Part shown: positions 12,541-26,569 of the stretch, in pieces
Layout of the letters: each line of letters opens with the position of its first letter
How positions within the stretch are numbered: position 1 is the first letter of the stretch
Source: Octopus sinensis
Lineage: Eukaryota
NCBI RefSeq assembly: GCF_006345805.1
Contig: NC_042997.1
Location: forward strand, 129,952,001 to 130,016,000
Length of the DNA: 64,000 nucleotides
Direction: 5' to 3'
Notes under the pieces: model-generated
Database searches by the model: none
What the model was told of the DNA's origin: nothing
Seen by the model: the letters and a program-made list of their open reading frames with translations, nothing else
Made by a program: the position numbers and the translations under genes

Positions 12541-12712
12541 CCGGAGTAAGCACATAAATGTGAAACAAGGTGGAAAAAAGAGTACTCAAATACCAGGGGT
12601 AGAGTAATATGCTTTATTTAAAAGCAGCAGAAATTCAACAAAACCTGCTACTCTGAGTTTCACGTTCCCAGTAACAGGTTTTGTTGAGTTTATGCTGCTT
12701 TTAAATAAAGTA
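12541..12712. mobile_element. Penelope-like fragment with a 41-bp inverted repeat and the 3' half of a hammerhead on the minus strand
   Basis: Arms 12612-12652 and 12670-12710 (3 mismatches). Minus strand reads ...ACGT GAAA CTC A GAG TA GCAGG. Confidence 0.6.
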
Positions 12713-12840
12713 CATATATATATATATATATATATATCATCACCATCATCATTTACTGTCTGTCTTCCATGCGTGTATATATGTATATGTATATACATAC
12801 ACACACATACATACATACATACATACACACACACACATAT

Positions 12841-12898
<58 letters not shown>

Positions 12899-13253
12899 GT
12901 GTATGTGTATTTATGTATGTGTGTATATGACTATATCAATTCATTTGAAGCTGAGGTTTGCTTTCATCACAAGTCACAAGTTACAGTTTCATATGACAGG
13001 ACTTACTATGTTTAACACACAACCAAGCATAACATATACGCAATTTCAACAAACAGTACCAGACTATTATGAGGCTAAGGAGACCTATCAAAATTCATAT
13101 AAGAAATATTTGAGAAATATCTAATACTGTTTACGGTTTGGACAGTAAAAGAAATAATCATTTTTTAAAATTGTTGATTTCGTTTTCAAATTCACAATGC
13201 TTTTATTATACATTTTGTTCTTTTATGCATCATTTTTTGTTTATTTTTTGACT

Positions 13254-13857
13254 ACTCTCTTTACTCTCTTTACTTGTTTCAGTCATTTGACTGTGGCCAT
13301 GCTGGAGCACCACCTTTAGTCGAGCAAATCGACCTCAGGACTTATTCTTTGTAAGCCTAGTACTTACTCTATCAGTCTCTTTTGCCAAACTGCTAAGTTA
13401 CAGGGATGTAAACACACCAGCATCAGTTGTCAAGCGATGTTGGGGGTGGACAAACACAGACACACAAACATATACACACACACACATACATATATACGGT
13501 GGCACGTAAAAAGCACCCACTACACTCATGGAGTGGTTGGCGTTAGGAAGGGCATCCAGATCAGACTAGGCCTGGTGCAGCCTCCTGGCTTCCCAGACCC
13601 CGGTTATACTGTCTAACCCATGCTAGCATGGAAAACGGACGTTAAACAATGATGATGATGATGATGATATATATATATATATATATACATATACGACGGG
13701 CTTCCTTCAGTTTCTGTCTACCAAATCCACTCACAAGGCTTTGGTCGGCCTGAGGCTATAGTAGAAGACTCTTGCCCCAAGGTGCCACGCAGTGGGACTG
13801 AACCTGGAACCATGTGGTTGGTAAGCAAGCTACATACCACACAGCTACTCCTACACC
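13254..13857 (-). mobile_element. SINE family A with a nested plus-strand RTE tail (13497-13668) in its internal microsatellite
   Basis: SINE halves are contiguous around an insert ending ...GTTAAACAAT(GAT)n. Confidence 0.85.
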
Positions 13858-14864
13858 TATACAGTCACTCCTATGCTTACCATAATTTTTTTTAATATCT
13901 TGTAACCTAGTCGTAGGAGAAAAGGCAGTATTCTTGACCTTTTTCAATGCTTGCAAGTGTTGATGATACAAAAGAAAGGAACTATTCTTAGACTAGAAAT
14001 CTGGCCTAAATGCTTACAATAGTGTGGACTCTGTTAAAATGCAATAAAGAGCCAGAACGTTGTGTTAAATTGGTCTGTGGATTAAGAATTAAGCATCACC
14101 CAAGAACAGGACAGCTTTCTACATAGTTTCCACCTATCAAATTTCACTCACAAGACTTAGGTTGATCCAATGGTGCAGTAGATAACACTTGGTATCCTCT
14201 ACCAAGTGCCACCTGGTGAGATTGAACCCAAAACCACATAGTTGTGAAGCAAACTTTTTAACCAGACAACTATGCCTGTGCCATAAACATTTTTCTTAAT
14301 CCATTATATGCTGCAGAAGCAATATTAGATTAAAATAGCCATCTGTGTATCATACTCAATGTAAATACATCTAAGAAAGCAAATTTACTGCAGTATTCAT
14401 CCGAAGAGAGTATCTTTTATGGATGTGCTGGGTTTAAAACACAATATATATATTGGAGGCAAACAAAAATTGTTCTACCAGTGGCTGGTGAGAAGGCGAG
14501 ATGTGCATTTATGCCATGTTGAGTGTTGTCAGTAGCATTTACTTACAGCAAACTGTTTGCTGAGACAAAAGCTATCACCACTGCTATCAGAAAACAGTGA
14601 ATTAATAATCACTGGTGTTGCAGATAGTCATCTTACTGAATAAAAATCCATTATATGCTACAGAAGCAGTATTAGATTAAAATAGTTGCCTGTGTATCAT
14701 ATTTAATGTAAATAGATCAATTTACTACAAGCTTCATCTGGTTATAATATCTCTTATGGATATCTGGTGTTTAAAAACAGGCACGGCATGTCCGTAAGAG
14801 ATGTTATCTCCAGATGAATACCACAGTAAGCTTGCTTTTTGTGATATATTTACATTAAATATGA

Positions 14865-16050
14865 TGCATCATCATCATCATCATCATTTAACGTCCGCTT
14901 TCCATGCTAGCATGGGTTGGACGATTTTGACTGAGGGCTGGCGAACCAGATGGCTGCACCAGGCTCCAATCTTGATTTGGCAGAGTTTCTACAGCTGGAT
15001 GCCCTTCCTAACGCCAACCACTCCAAGAGTGTAGTGGGTGCTTTTTACGTGCCACCGGCATGGGAGCCAGTCAGGTGGTACTGGCAACGACCTTGCTCAA
15101 ATTCTTTTACGCATGCCACCAGCACAGGTGCCAGTAAGGCGATGTTGATAACGATCATGCTCGAGTGGTGCCCTTTTACGTGCCACTGACACAGAAGCCA
15201 GTTGGCTGCTCTGGCAACGATCACGCTCGGATGGTGCTCTTGGTACCCTACTAGCACCGGCACAAGTGCCAGTAAGGTGACGCTGGTAACGATCATGTGC
15301 GAATGGTGCCCTTTAAGTGCCACTGGCATGGAAGCTGGTTAGCCACTCTGTCAATGATCACGCTTGTATGGTGCTCTTTGCACCCTGCTAGCATGGACGC
15401 CAGTCATCGAATTTGATTTTGATGCATACATGATTATTGATGCATACATGACTATTCTTAATATTTCTGAAATAGTTTTATGCATCTGCGATTATGAGAA
15501 GGCTTGTGGCTTCATGGTTAGGATGTTTGGATCATCATTATCACTACCATTCAACATCCATTTTCCATGTTGGCATGGGTTGGACAGTTTGATAGAATTT
15601 GGTAAGGATGGAGGCCACACCAGGCTCCATTGTCTGTTTTGTCATGTTTTCTACAGTGGGATGCTCTTCCTAATGCCAATCACTTTACAGAGTGTTCTGG
15701 GACTTTTTTATGTGGCACCTGCGCTAGTGCATTTTACATGGCACTAGTGCCAGTGCTTTTTAAATGCCATCAGGGTCAATCATGGGTGGAAAGAAATGAA
15801 GGTTAGATGTAAAATTGTCAGTAGTCATCGTCATCATCATCATCATCACCATTGTTTAAAGTCTGCTCTCCATGCTGGCATGAGTTGGACAGTTTGACTG
15901 AGGGCTGGCAAGCCAGCTGGCTGCACCGGGCTCCAATCTGATCTGGCAGTGTTTCTACAGTTGGATGCCCTTCCTAACACCAACCACTCTGAAAGTGTAG
16001 TGGGTGCTTTTTATGTGCCACCGGTATGAGAGCCAATCCAGATGGGACGA
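14865..16050 (-). mobile_element. Three successive minus-strand RTE 3' tails (14865-15420, 15527-15790, 15826-16050)
   Basis: Each starts with (CAT)n...TTTAA...TCCATG and carries GTGCCACCGGCA units. Confidence 0.8.
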
Positions 16051-16200
16051 TCATGGCAGGAATAGTTTCATCATGGATCTACTTGATTGGAGGTGACTGG
16101 GATTTTAAAGAACAACATCAACAACAATGTTAGCAGCAGCAGCAGCAGCAGTAGTAATAGTAGATGTTGAATTAGCTTCCTGGAATTGTCCTGTGTTGTG

Positions 16201-17187
16201 TTACTCTTTTATTCTTTCATTTGTTTTGGTCATTTGACTGCAGCCATGCGGGAGCACCAACGTAAGGAATTTTAGTCAAACAAATCAACCCCAGGACTTA
16301 TTCATTGTAAACCTCTATTGATTTCTTTTGCTGAACTGCTAAGTTACAAGGATCTAAACACACCAACATCAGTTGTCCAGTAATTGTGGGGGGGGGGGAC
16401 ACAGCAACACAAACACACAAATATATACATATATATATATACACATATAAGAGGAATGACCACTAGGTGGACTCCTAATATGCTAAATGGAGACCCCATA
16501 TGGGATGACCGCTAAGAAAAATTGTTCTCAAGAAAATTCGGAAAATGCCAGAATGTAAAGTGGGCAAGACAAATGAAAAGATACAAAATATAATGATTAG
16601 TCACATACCAGGTTTCATTGTTACCATTTAATTTACATAAATGTCTGCAAATCGTCAGTGTGACCATCATAGAAAGTATAATTTACAGAACTATACACAA
16701 GACATCCTTCTGAGAGGGAACATGCATACAGTTCTATCAATTATATTTGGATATATATTTCAAATGTCTTCGTTTTGGCGCGCTGAAGCCGGAAATGACA
16801 CTGCAGAAAATAATTTTCTGCATCAAAGCCAGCCGATTAGAGAACATGGTTATTTAAATTTAAATAATAAAGGTAAAAAATTGATATTAATTAGATTAAT
16901 ATTGATTTAAACCAGTGGCCTAGTACATTGAACAAAATCTGAAGATTCAGAAATTTATATTACATACATAGAAGAGGAATGACCACTAGGTGGACTCCCA
17001 ATATGCTAAATGTAGACCCCATATGGTCTGAGGCTTCTTTCAGTTTCCATCAACCAAATGCACTCACAAGGCTTTGGTTGGCCTCAGGCTATAGTAGAAG
17101 ACACATGCCCAAGATGCCACACAGTGGGAATAAACCTGGAACCATGTGGTTGGGAAGCAAGCTTTTTACCACACAGCCATGCCTGCA
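16201..17187 (-). mobile_element. SINE family A split by a 578-bp insertion (16449-17026)
   Basis: SINE 3' half at 16201-16448 and 5' half at 17027-17187. The insert is bounded by 55-bp direct repeats. Confidence 0.75.
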
Positions 17188-18029
17188 TGACAATTTGTCT
17201 TATATTTATTCATTTTATATTGAATACTGTATCCAAGTTGGTGTTAAAGACTATAATTTTGAGTGTTCCTTGTACCTACTTAATGTAACTCACCTAGATA
17301 CTCATTCTCTCTCTCTCTCTCTCTCTGTATGTTTGTATGTGTGTATATATGTGTGTATGTGTGTGTCACCACTACCTCTTTAGAGATCACACTCATTCAT
17401 TTTCACACACACATATATACACACACACACATACTCACACAAACACATGCACACAGCACACACCACATACACACCACACACACACACACACACACACACA
17501 CACCACATACACACACCATACACATACACACACACATATACTCACACACACACCACCACACACACAACATACACCACACACACAACACACACCACACGCA
17601 CACACACACACACACACAACACATACCACATACACCACACACACACAACACACACACCACACACACACCACACACACACCACACACACCACACACACACA
17701 CCACACACAACATACACCACACACCACACACACCACACACACCACACACTTCACACACTTGGCTGAAAGCCTCCTTCCTATCATCTGCTATAAACCCACT
17801 TTGTTATGGGTCTTTTCTTTTGTCTTGCAGATTACTTGGAAACCCTACTATTGCAGGTGTCATGAAAAAACACCCAGTAAACGGTATAATGGTTGGTGTT
17901 AGGAAAGGCATCCAGTTGTAGAAACCATGCCAAAACAGATAATAGAGCTCAACAAAGTCCTCCGGGTCACTGGATCAAATCAAATCATCCAACACATGCC
18001 TCCATGGATGACAGGCATTAATTGCTGCT

Positions 18030-18087
<58 letters not shown>

Positions 18088-18542
18088 GTGATGATGGTGA
18101 TGATGATGATGATGATGATGTGATGATGATGATGATGATGATGATGATAATGATGATGATGTTGATGATGGTGGTGGTGGTAGTGATGACAATGATGATG
18201 AAGATGATAATGATCATGATGATAATCATGATTATGATTACATATTTATCCTAATTACCACTACCACTGCCATCACTGCCACAACTATCAACATCAACAT
18301 CAACCATTATGTCCATCATCATCATTTCACTATTTAAAAATTATGCAAATCATGTTGGAGATTTATTTTCTTTTAATGCTTTTCTTTATTTAATGTCTCT
18401 AAAACTAATTTGTAACTTATTTTGATTCTTATTTACTTTCTATCAATTTTGCTTAACAATATCTTTACTTGGGACAATCCTTTGTCACTTAGTCTTTGAT
18501 GAGAATACAATGATAGACCCATTTAAAAGGGATTGCCTGTGT

Positions 18543-19440
18543 AATGAGGTAAGTCAATTACTCTATGTGGTTTTTTGTTCAAATATACCAGATTTTTATT
18601 TTTATTTTTATTAACAAAAATATATTGAATCATCCCATAAATAATGCTGTTTTTTTCAATTGCATGAGCTAAAAGTTGGAGGGAGATGGGATAAACTACC
18701 TGCATCAACTTGCTGTAAAAGCAGGTAGTAATTTTACCTTGTATTTATTCTTAGTGCGGTTTTGAAGAGTGCAGTTCGATTTTAACAGTTATTTTTTCAA
18801 AGTTGTAATGGAAGTGACAAAGGAGCATATTCAGCAAATTTTACTCTATGAGTTCAATAAAGGCAACAACGCAATGGAAAGAGCAAGGAATATTAATGCA
18901 GTATATGGGGATTGAATAATAAGTGTAAGCCAGTGTCAATGGTGGTTCTAGAAATTCTGAGCCAGAAACTATAGCCTAGCTGAGCCTCATCCTGCAAGGT
19001 CTGTAGAGCTTGACGAAGATCTCCTACAACCCTGGTGGAACAAAATGCCATTGTAATTGTTGAGGAACTGAGCTTGGATTTGGTCATTCAGCCAATCATT
19101 GACACCTGCATGCCATTGGAATAGTCAGAAAATTGGGTTGATGAGTTCCTCACAGACTTTCCGAGTCTAATTACGTGCAGAGAGTGAATATGTGCTCTTC
19201 TTTGCTATCATGTGTCATGAATGAACATTTTTTGGACCGAATAGTAACTGGTGATGAGAGATGGGTTCTCTATAAAAATGTCAAGTATTGAAGACAGTGG
19301 GTAGGGAAAGGGGAAATACCCGGCACCCCAGGCTAAAGAAAATCTTCACCCATGTAAAATATTGTCATCGGTTTGGTGGGATATGGAAGGTTTAGTTCAT
19401 TATGAACTTTTAAACCCAAACCAAATGATAACAAGAGAGA
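18543..19440 (+). pseudogene. Decayed mariner transposase, 3'-truncated
   Basis: From ATG 18808: MEVTKEHIQQILLYEFNKG..., VPHRL, RIVTGDERWVLYKN, VWWDMEGLVHYELL; many stops. Putative degenerate TIR at about 18543-18578. Confidence 0.85.
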
Positions 19441-19447
19441 GATAACA

Positions 19448-19600
19448 AGTGACATGCCCTTCACTTAGTGGTTTGGCAAAAGAGACCGATAGAATAAGTA
19501 CTAGGCTTACAAAAAATAAGTCCTGAGGTTGATTTGCTCGATGAAAGGCGATGCTCCTGCATGGCCACAGTCAAATGACAGGAACGAGTAAAAGAGTAAA
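19448..19600 (+). mobile_element. SINE family A 3' half
   Basis: ...GACCGATAGAATAAGTACTAGGCTTAC...GAGTAAAAGAGTAAAAGAG. Confidence 0.75.
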
Positions 19601-19961
19601 AGAGTATATCTAGCAACCCTGGTTGCTTACCGTGAAATATTAAAAAAAAGGTTTTTCAGCATATACTTCAATATGAAAAAAATCCACAACCTTCCACCTC
19701 AGTAAACCACTATTGTTCCTGAAAGTTGTTTTTCATATTTACTATGGATTTCTTTAAGCTAACTTTTTTCTACACCTCGGCCCTTGAAGCTTATATTTAT
19801 TTATTTATATATATATATATATATGTATGTATACTAGCTGAGGTACCCAGTAATAAATTACTGTTAATAAGATGTCTGTTTATAGCCATGAAACATTTTT
19901 CAAAAATTTTAAATTTATATTAATAGGTAGGACCAATTTGATGATGATGATGATGATGATG

Positions 19962-20007
<46 letters not shown>

Positions 20008-20009
20008 CG

Positions 20010-20049
<40 letters not shown>

Positions 20050-20235
20050 TATATATATAGATAGATAGATAGATAGACAGACAGATAGATAGACAGTCAG
20101 ACAGATAAATAGATAGACAGACAGACAGACAGACAGATAGATAAATAGATAGGTAGACAGATAGATAGATAGACAGATAGACAGACAGATAGATAGACAG
20201 ATAGACAGACAGATAGATAGACAGATAGACAGATT

Positions 20236-20271
<36 letters not shown>

Positions 20272-21065
20272 TTCTTTTATTCTTTTACCACATGAGTTCA
20301 GGTTCAACCGCACTATGTCACACTTTTGACAAGTGTCTTCTACTGATGTTCTAGACCAACCAAAGCATTGTGAGTGGATTTGATAGATGGAAACTGAAAG
20401 AAGCCCATCATCATCATGGTGGTCATGGTAACAGCAGCAGTGATGTGGTGGTGGTGGTGGTGGTGGTGATGATGACAACATTGTAGTAACACTTATAGAT
20501 AACTTCAAAAATATAATGAATAAGAGCAAAGGAATAAATAGAAAGGCTGTAAAAGAAAGAGAGATGGAGCTCTATGGTAATAGTGTCAGCAAGCAGTAAA
20601 GTATGCTGGGATGACTAAATCTACTTCCCCAAAATTACACTCATTAAACAGCAATTAATTAGAAAAAGCTATTGAAGTTTCTAGATTTAAGTTGTCAAAA
20701 TATAAAATTTCAGTATCTTATTTATTATTGAGATCTTTTAATCTATTTATAGATAAAATCTAATTATAGGAAATGCTGGGTGTTTCAGAAGTTTGCTTTA
20801 CAGGTTGAGGTTCAATCCTGCTCAGCAGTTTTTGAGGTAAGTCTACAAAAAACTTTGGTTGGCTAATTCCATTTGAATGAAATTTGGTACTTAGAAATTG
20901 TGCAGAGGCCATTGCGTGTGTGTGTGTGTGCACGCGTGCATGTGTGTATTTCAAGCCATCCAACACATGCCAGCATCGAAAACAAGTTAAACGATGATGA
21001 TACAAAAATGTTGTTGACGGTGACTTCGAAGTTTTGGCCACCATACCATTTTTTTTTCATTATTT

Positions 21066-21715
21066 CTGAGCTGGAAAGCAGTGAGCTAGTAGAATCATTA
21101 CTACAGTGGACAAAATGCTTAACAGCATTTCTTTCAGTTCTTTATGTTCTGAGTTCAAATGCTGAGTTCAAATCGAAATCGGTCAAAAATCAATGAAAAT
21201 TGCAGTTGTGATACCAGTGCCAGTGGCACGTAAAAGAACCATCCGAACATGGCTGTTGCCAGCGCCACCTCGATTGGCCTCCATGCTGGTGGCACATAAA
21301 AAGCACCAACCAATCGTGGCCATTGCTAGCCTTGCCTGGCACCTGTGCCAGTGACACATAAAAAGCACCAACCAATCGTGGCCGTTGCTAGCCTCACCTG
21401 GCACCTGTGCTTGTGGCACATAAAAAGCACCCATTAAATTCACAGAGTGGTTGGTGTTAAGAAGGGCAGCCAGCTGTAGAAACACTGCCAGATCAGACTG
21501 GGCCTGGTGCAGCCTCCTGGCTTCGCAGACCCCAGTCGAACCATCCAACCCATGCTAGCATGGAAAGCGGACGTTAAACGCTGATGATGATGATGATGAT
21601 GATGATGAGGTTGACTTTGCTCTCACTCTTTTAGGGAGCCAATAGAATAAGTATCAGTTTAGCAAATAAACCCCTAAAATTACTGACCTTGTACCCAAAT
21701 CTGAAATCATTATTT
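21066..21715 (+). mobile_element. SINE family C interrupted by an RTE tail (21167-21607)
   Basis: SINE resumes as AGGTTGACTTTGC directly after the (GAT)n tail. Confidence 0.7.
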
Positions 21716-21954
21716 CTAAGCTGATAGGATAGTGTTGCCTTTTTGCCTATTACTAGTGCATCTTAGCTGCTTCCTGTCTGGATGAGGTCATATTTCTGAA
21801 TGCCAAACTCAGCTAAACATAGCTAAACAGGAAAAACAGGAGAGAAAGGTACCTTTTACTTTTTTATCTTTTACTCATTTCAGTCATTGGGCTTTTGGCC
21901 ATGCTGGAGCACTGCCTCTAAGGCTTCAGCTAGAAAAGTTGCCCCAGTACTTAC

Positions 21955-22200
21955 TCACTTTACTCTTTTACTTGTTTCAGTCATTTGACTGTGGCTATGC
22001 TGGAGCACCATCTTTAGTCGAGCAAATCAACACCAGGACTTATTCTTTGTAAGCCTAGTACTTATTCTATCGGTCTCTTTTTCCAAACTGCTAAGTGACA
22101 GGGACATAAACACACCAGCATCGGTTGTCAAGCAATGTTGGGAGGACAGTTTCCATCAACTGAATTCACTCACAAGACATTACTTGGTTAGAGCTATAGT
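21955..22200 (-). mobile_element. SINE family A, 3' portion
   Basis: TTTACTCTTTTACTTGTTTCAGTCATTTGACTGTGGC...; a second short tail lies at 21850-21950. Confidence 0.75.
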
Positions 22201-23284
22201 AAAAGACATTTGAGGATATCTTCCTTTCTCTTTCCCACCTGATTCAGAGGCCTTGTAAGGGGTCATGGGTATTGTCATCCCTTCTGAGTAAACGATGAAA
22301 AAAAAATTACAAATAATCCAAGAAAATATACTTTGCAGAAATAATAACACAGTAACATCAATGAAAACAAAAAAAACAATTATTTCTCTTCCCAAAATAT
22401 TGAATATATTTTGAAAAAAAAAACCCCACATCACACAAAATAAAATTCAGTAGTAGACATGACACAATCTAAAAATCCTGCAATACAACATTAATGATTT
22501 TAAAAATACTTTTGTATAACTAAAAGATTTTATCATTACTTACAACGTTTATATATCAGTAACTCAGGTTACATTTTTACTATTGAATGCATAGAACATC
22601 CATCATTCAAATTATATTCAAATCACATTAGACAGATTCTTTTGCACTGAAAGTGATCTGATATCATTCATAAACTAATAAGGAATGACACTAGGATTTC
22701 TAAATAAAAACTAGCAACACAAAGTACATTAATATAATAAACGTCTACATGCACACACACACACACACCCACACACTTGTATAATTAATAAATGTATATT
22801 TATATATATAGTGAATGTATATATACAATATTCTGGTGCCATGATTAAATGTGAGCAGAACTGCATGCTTTCCCAACTTTACACTGATACCACTTATCTT
22901 TTTCACTACCTGGAACATGGAATCATTTCACTTGATATTTAGCCTTCATTCTTGAAACTGTGCTCTCCACCTACATTTTACATTGATCACATTCCAGTGT
23001 CATCAAATAATAACTGTTTCTCCACTACCATACATCTCTCACTCTTTCTGTTCAGTATGCTTACCTTTCACCTACACTCTTGCAACCTATCCAACACACA
23101 TCATCTTTCTCTCCTCCCTCTGTCTTTCTTCTTTTCTCTCTTCCTCTCATCTTCTCTCATCTGTAGGCTTGGGAACAGTGGGTACAAGCATACTCTCTAA
23201 AATTGGGATGGGGTAATAAAACCACTTTGAACATCCTGAGTGGAACCTGGATTTGCACCACTACCATTATCCTCCTCCTCCTCC

Positions 23285-23292
23285 TCATCATC

Positions 23293-23324
<32 letters not shown>

Positions 23325-24390
23325 CATCATCATTTACTGTCCATTTTCCATGCTGGTATGAATTGGACAATTTAACAGAAGTTGGCAAGCCAGAGAGTTG
23401 TGTCATACTCTAATTGTCAGTTTTGGCATAGTTTCTATGGATGCCTTTCTTGGTGCCAACCACTTTACAGAGTGTACTGGGTGCTTTTTATGTAGCACCA
23501 GAATGGATATTTTATATGTAGAACCAGCATGAATAGTTTATACATGGCACCAGCATGGGTGCTTTTTATATGGTATCAGCACCTGAGAGCTCACAAGACC
23601 TCTCAGTTGAGAGAAGGAGTGGAACCGTCCTGCGCAAATGCTCTCCCCTGTCTTCATTATTATGATTGTGCAGCTCTTCAATCCCATTTTTATACTGTCA
23701 GTCATCTCTTACTCCCCCTGCCTCCTCAAACTCATAAACATCATTGGTCACCCTCTATCTACTAATCACTTTATCAATATTTCGACCCTACCTGATTTCT
23801 ACAGTTGTCACCTACTCTTCCCTACCTTCTCTACACATCATCTCTCAACACTTGTGTTTCATCATACTCACTCCTCACCCATTTACCATCTCTAAACACC
23901 TCTTACTCTTCCATATCTTTACAACCTCTACCCACCTACACTCCATGTTCTCCTGCTCCCACTCATTTCTAATCACTTCATATCTTGAGTGTCCACTCTG
24001 ACACTTCATCACAGCTATTTTATCTCTTTCCAGCTCCACTCCAGTTACTTCCACCCTCTCTGCTATAATGTGTGTAACCATATACTTCCTCTACAGCATG
24101 GAATCTGTTCTGTCCTGTTCTGGTCCCTTCCCTCAGACTTTAATACCTCTTTTTATTGTAATCCCACTCAGCCAAAGATGACCTTAGCCTTGCACACAGT
24201 GAAGGCAATGTCTTCAAATGGTTACATAGAACATCAAATGATTGCCTATGGCATACTCAAATAGGCAGAATGGTTCTCAGATAGGCAGAGATATGGTGTA
24301 CATGTGGCACAATGAATTTGTGGGGTTACATCTCATTGCTGGGCCAACCACCTGTGTTCAAAAGGATTGTTTGGTCAGGACTCAGCTGGA
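23285..24390 (-). mobile_element. Old, heavily decayed RTE-like 3' end (tail plus RT C-terminal remnant)
   Basis: Minus-strand tail at 23285-23600. Antisense translation of 23875-24081 (...CRWVEVVKIWKSKRCLEMVNG) loosely resembles the RLRWYGHV...VKRC region. Confidence 0.35.
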
Positions 24391-25446
24391 GCCAAACAAT
24401 CACCATTATCATTGTCATCGTCATTGTTGTCGTCGTTGTCGTTGTCATAGTTGTCATCGTCGTTGTTGTCATCATCGTCGTTGTCATCGTTGTTGTTGTC
24501 ATTGTCGTCATTGTCATTGTTATCATCGTCGCTGTCATCGTTGTCATTGTCATCGTCGTTGTTGTCATCGTCATTGTTGTCATCCCCGTCGTTGTCATCG
24601 TCATCGTTGTCGTAGTCCTCCTCACCATCATCATCATCTCCCTCATCATCATCATCACCACCACCACCACCACCACCACATCATCATCTTCACCATCACC
24701 ATTATCATTACTAGTTTTATTATTGCCATCCTACTCCTACTCTTTCTCATCATCATCATCATCATCAATACCATTCCCACTACCACCAATACAACTCCTT
24801 AATATCTGTCTAAACAATGAAAAGGGATGAGAATGAGACGCATTTTCTACCTTATCTATCTTCCCGACACTCACACACACTTATACACATACTCATGTGC
24901 ACTCACACAAATTCACTCGTATACATGCACACATACAAATGTTGTCTTGTGTCTCTATTCCAGTTATGATTTCCAACATCCTTACCATTTTTATGGCTGC
25001 CTTTTTCTCTTCTTCATCACACATCATATGATTCTATCTTATTAGATGAACAGCAACAGTAGCAGCAACACCACCACCACCACCACCACCACCAACAGCA
25101 AGAGACAAATACTTACAGATAGTAAGGATGCAATTTTATGTTATACGCCATAAATATTTTTATGAGGCTCCATTGAACTGTGGCATTTGTGGAAAGTCGT
25201 TCAAGTCTGTGCTATCATATTCAAATGTGATTAGCAGACATTCTATTTTGTAACTGGCAGCTCTTTTGAACTGAATTTATCAATATGTATGATATTTGCT
25301 AACATTTTGGTCTAAACAACAAACATTTGAAATGACAAAGACAAGAATGCATGCCATTAGTAATGTTTGGTTGATGCAATGTCTATTTAGATAAAAATAT
25401 ATATTTTAAAACTATTATCATATTTATTACTGGAGATCCTCACATG

Positions 25447-26560
25447 TCACATCGATAATGCAGTATAACAACACTGTACTGATAATGTTGCACAATAATT
25501 TTGTATAAATAATGTTGTGCAATGACACTGTAGTAATAATGTACTGTAGTAATAATGTACTGATAATGTTCTACAATGTACTGTAGAAATAATGTACTGA
25601 TAATGTTCTGCAACGTACTGTAGTAATAATGTACTGATAATGTTCTACAATGTACTGTAGTAATAATGTACTGATAATGTTCTACAATGTACTGTAGTAA
25701 TAATGTACTGATAATATTCTGCAATGTACTGTGATAATAATGTACTGATAATGTTCTACAATGTACTGTAGTAATAATGTACTAATAATGTTCTATAATG
25801 TACTGTAGTAATAATGTACTGATAATGTTCTATAATGTACTGTAGTAATAATGTACTGATAATGTTCTACAATGTACTGTAGTAATAATGTACTGATAAT
25901 GTTCTACAATGTACTGTAGTAATAATGTACTGATAATGTTCTACAATGTACTGTAGTAATAATGTACTGATAATGTTCTACAATGTACTGTAGTAATAAT
26001 GTACTGATAATGTTCTACAATGTACTGTAGTAATATGTACTGATAATGTTCTACAATGTACTGTAGTAATAATGTACTGATAATGTTCTACAATGTACTG
26101 TAGTAATAATGTACTGATAATGTTCTACAATGTACTGTAGTAATAATGTACTGATAATGTTCTATAATGTACTGTAGTAATAATGTACTGATAACGTTCT
26201 ACAATGTACTGTAGTAATAATGTACTGATAATGTTCTACAATGTACTGTAGTAATAATGTACTGATAATGTTCTACAATGTACTGTAGTAATAATGTACT
26301 GATAATGTTCTACAATGTACTGTAGTAATAATGTACTGATAATGTTCTACAATGTACTGTAGTAATAATGTACTGATAATGTTCTATAATGTACTGTAGT
26401 AATAATGTACTGATAATGTTCTACAATGTACTGTAGTAATAATGTACTGATAATGTTCTACAATGTACTGTAGTAATAATGTACTGATAACGTTCTACAA
26501 TGAAACTGCAGTAACAATGACACTATAGTAATAATGTTATACAATGATACTGTAGTGATA
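25447..26560. repeat. 37-bp minisatellite, about 26 homogeneous copies with degenerate flanks
   Basis: Unit AATGTACTGTAGTAATAATGTACTGATAATGTTCTAC. Related degenerate sequence continues at 27133-27200 and 27975-28090. Confidence 0.95.
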
Positions 26561-26569
26561 ATGTACAAC

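Noticed and set aside
16611-16709. Exon-like segment with ag/gtatgt boundaries on the minus strand
   Set aside because: No frame is open across it, and it lies inside an insertion that splits a SINE.
17329-17921. Long His/Thr, Ser, Gln, Ile or YLSI-rich ORFs in the ORF track
   Set aside because: They are translations of (AC)n, (CAT)n, (AAT)n and (GATA)n microsatellites open in several frames.
25149-25240. C2H2 zinc-finger-like peptide HKYFYEAPLNCGICGKSF
   Set aside because: It lacks correctly spaced His ligands, is a single unit and has no exon context.
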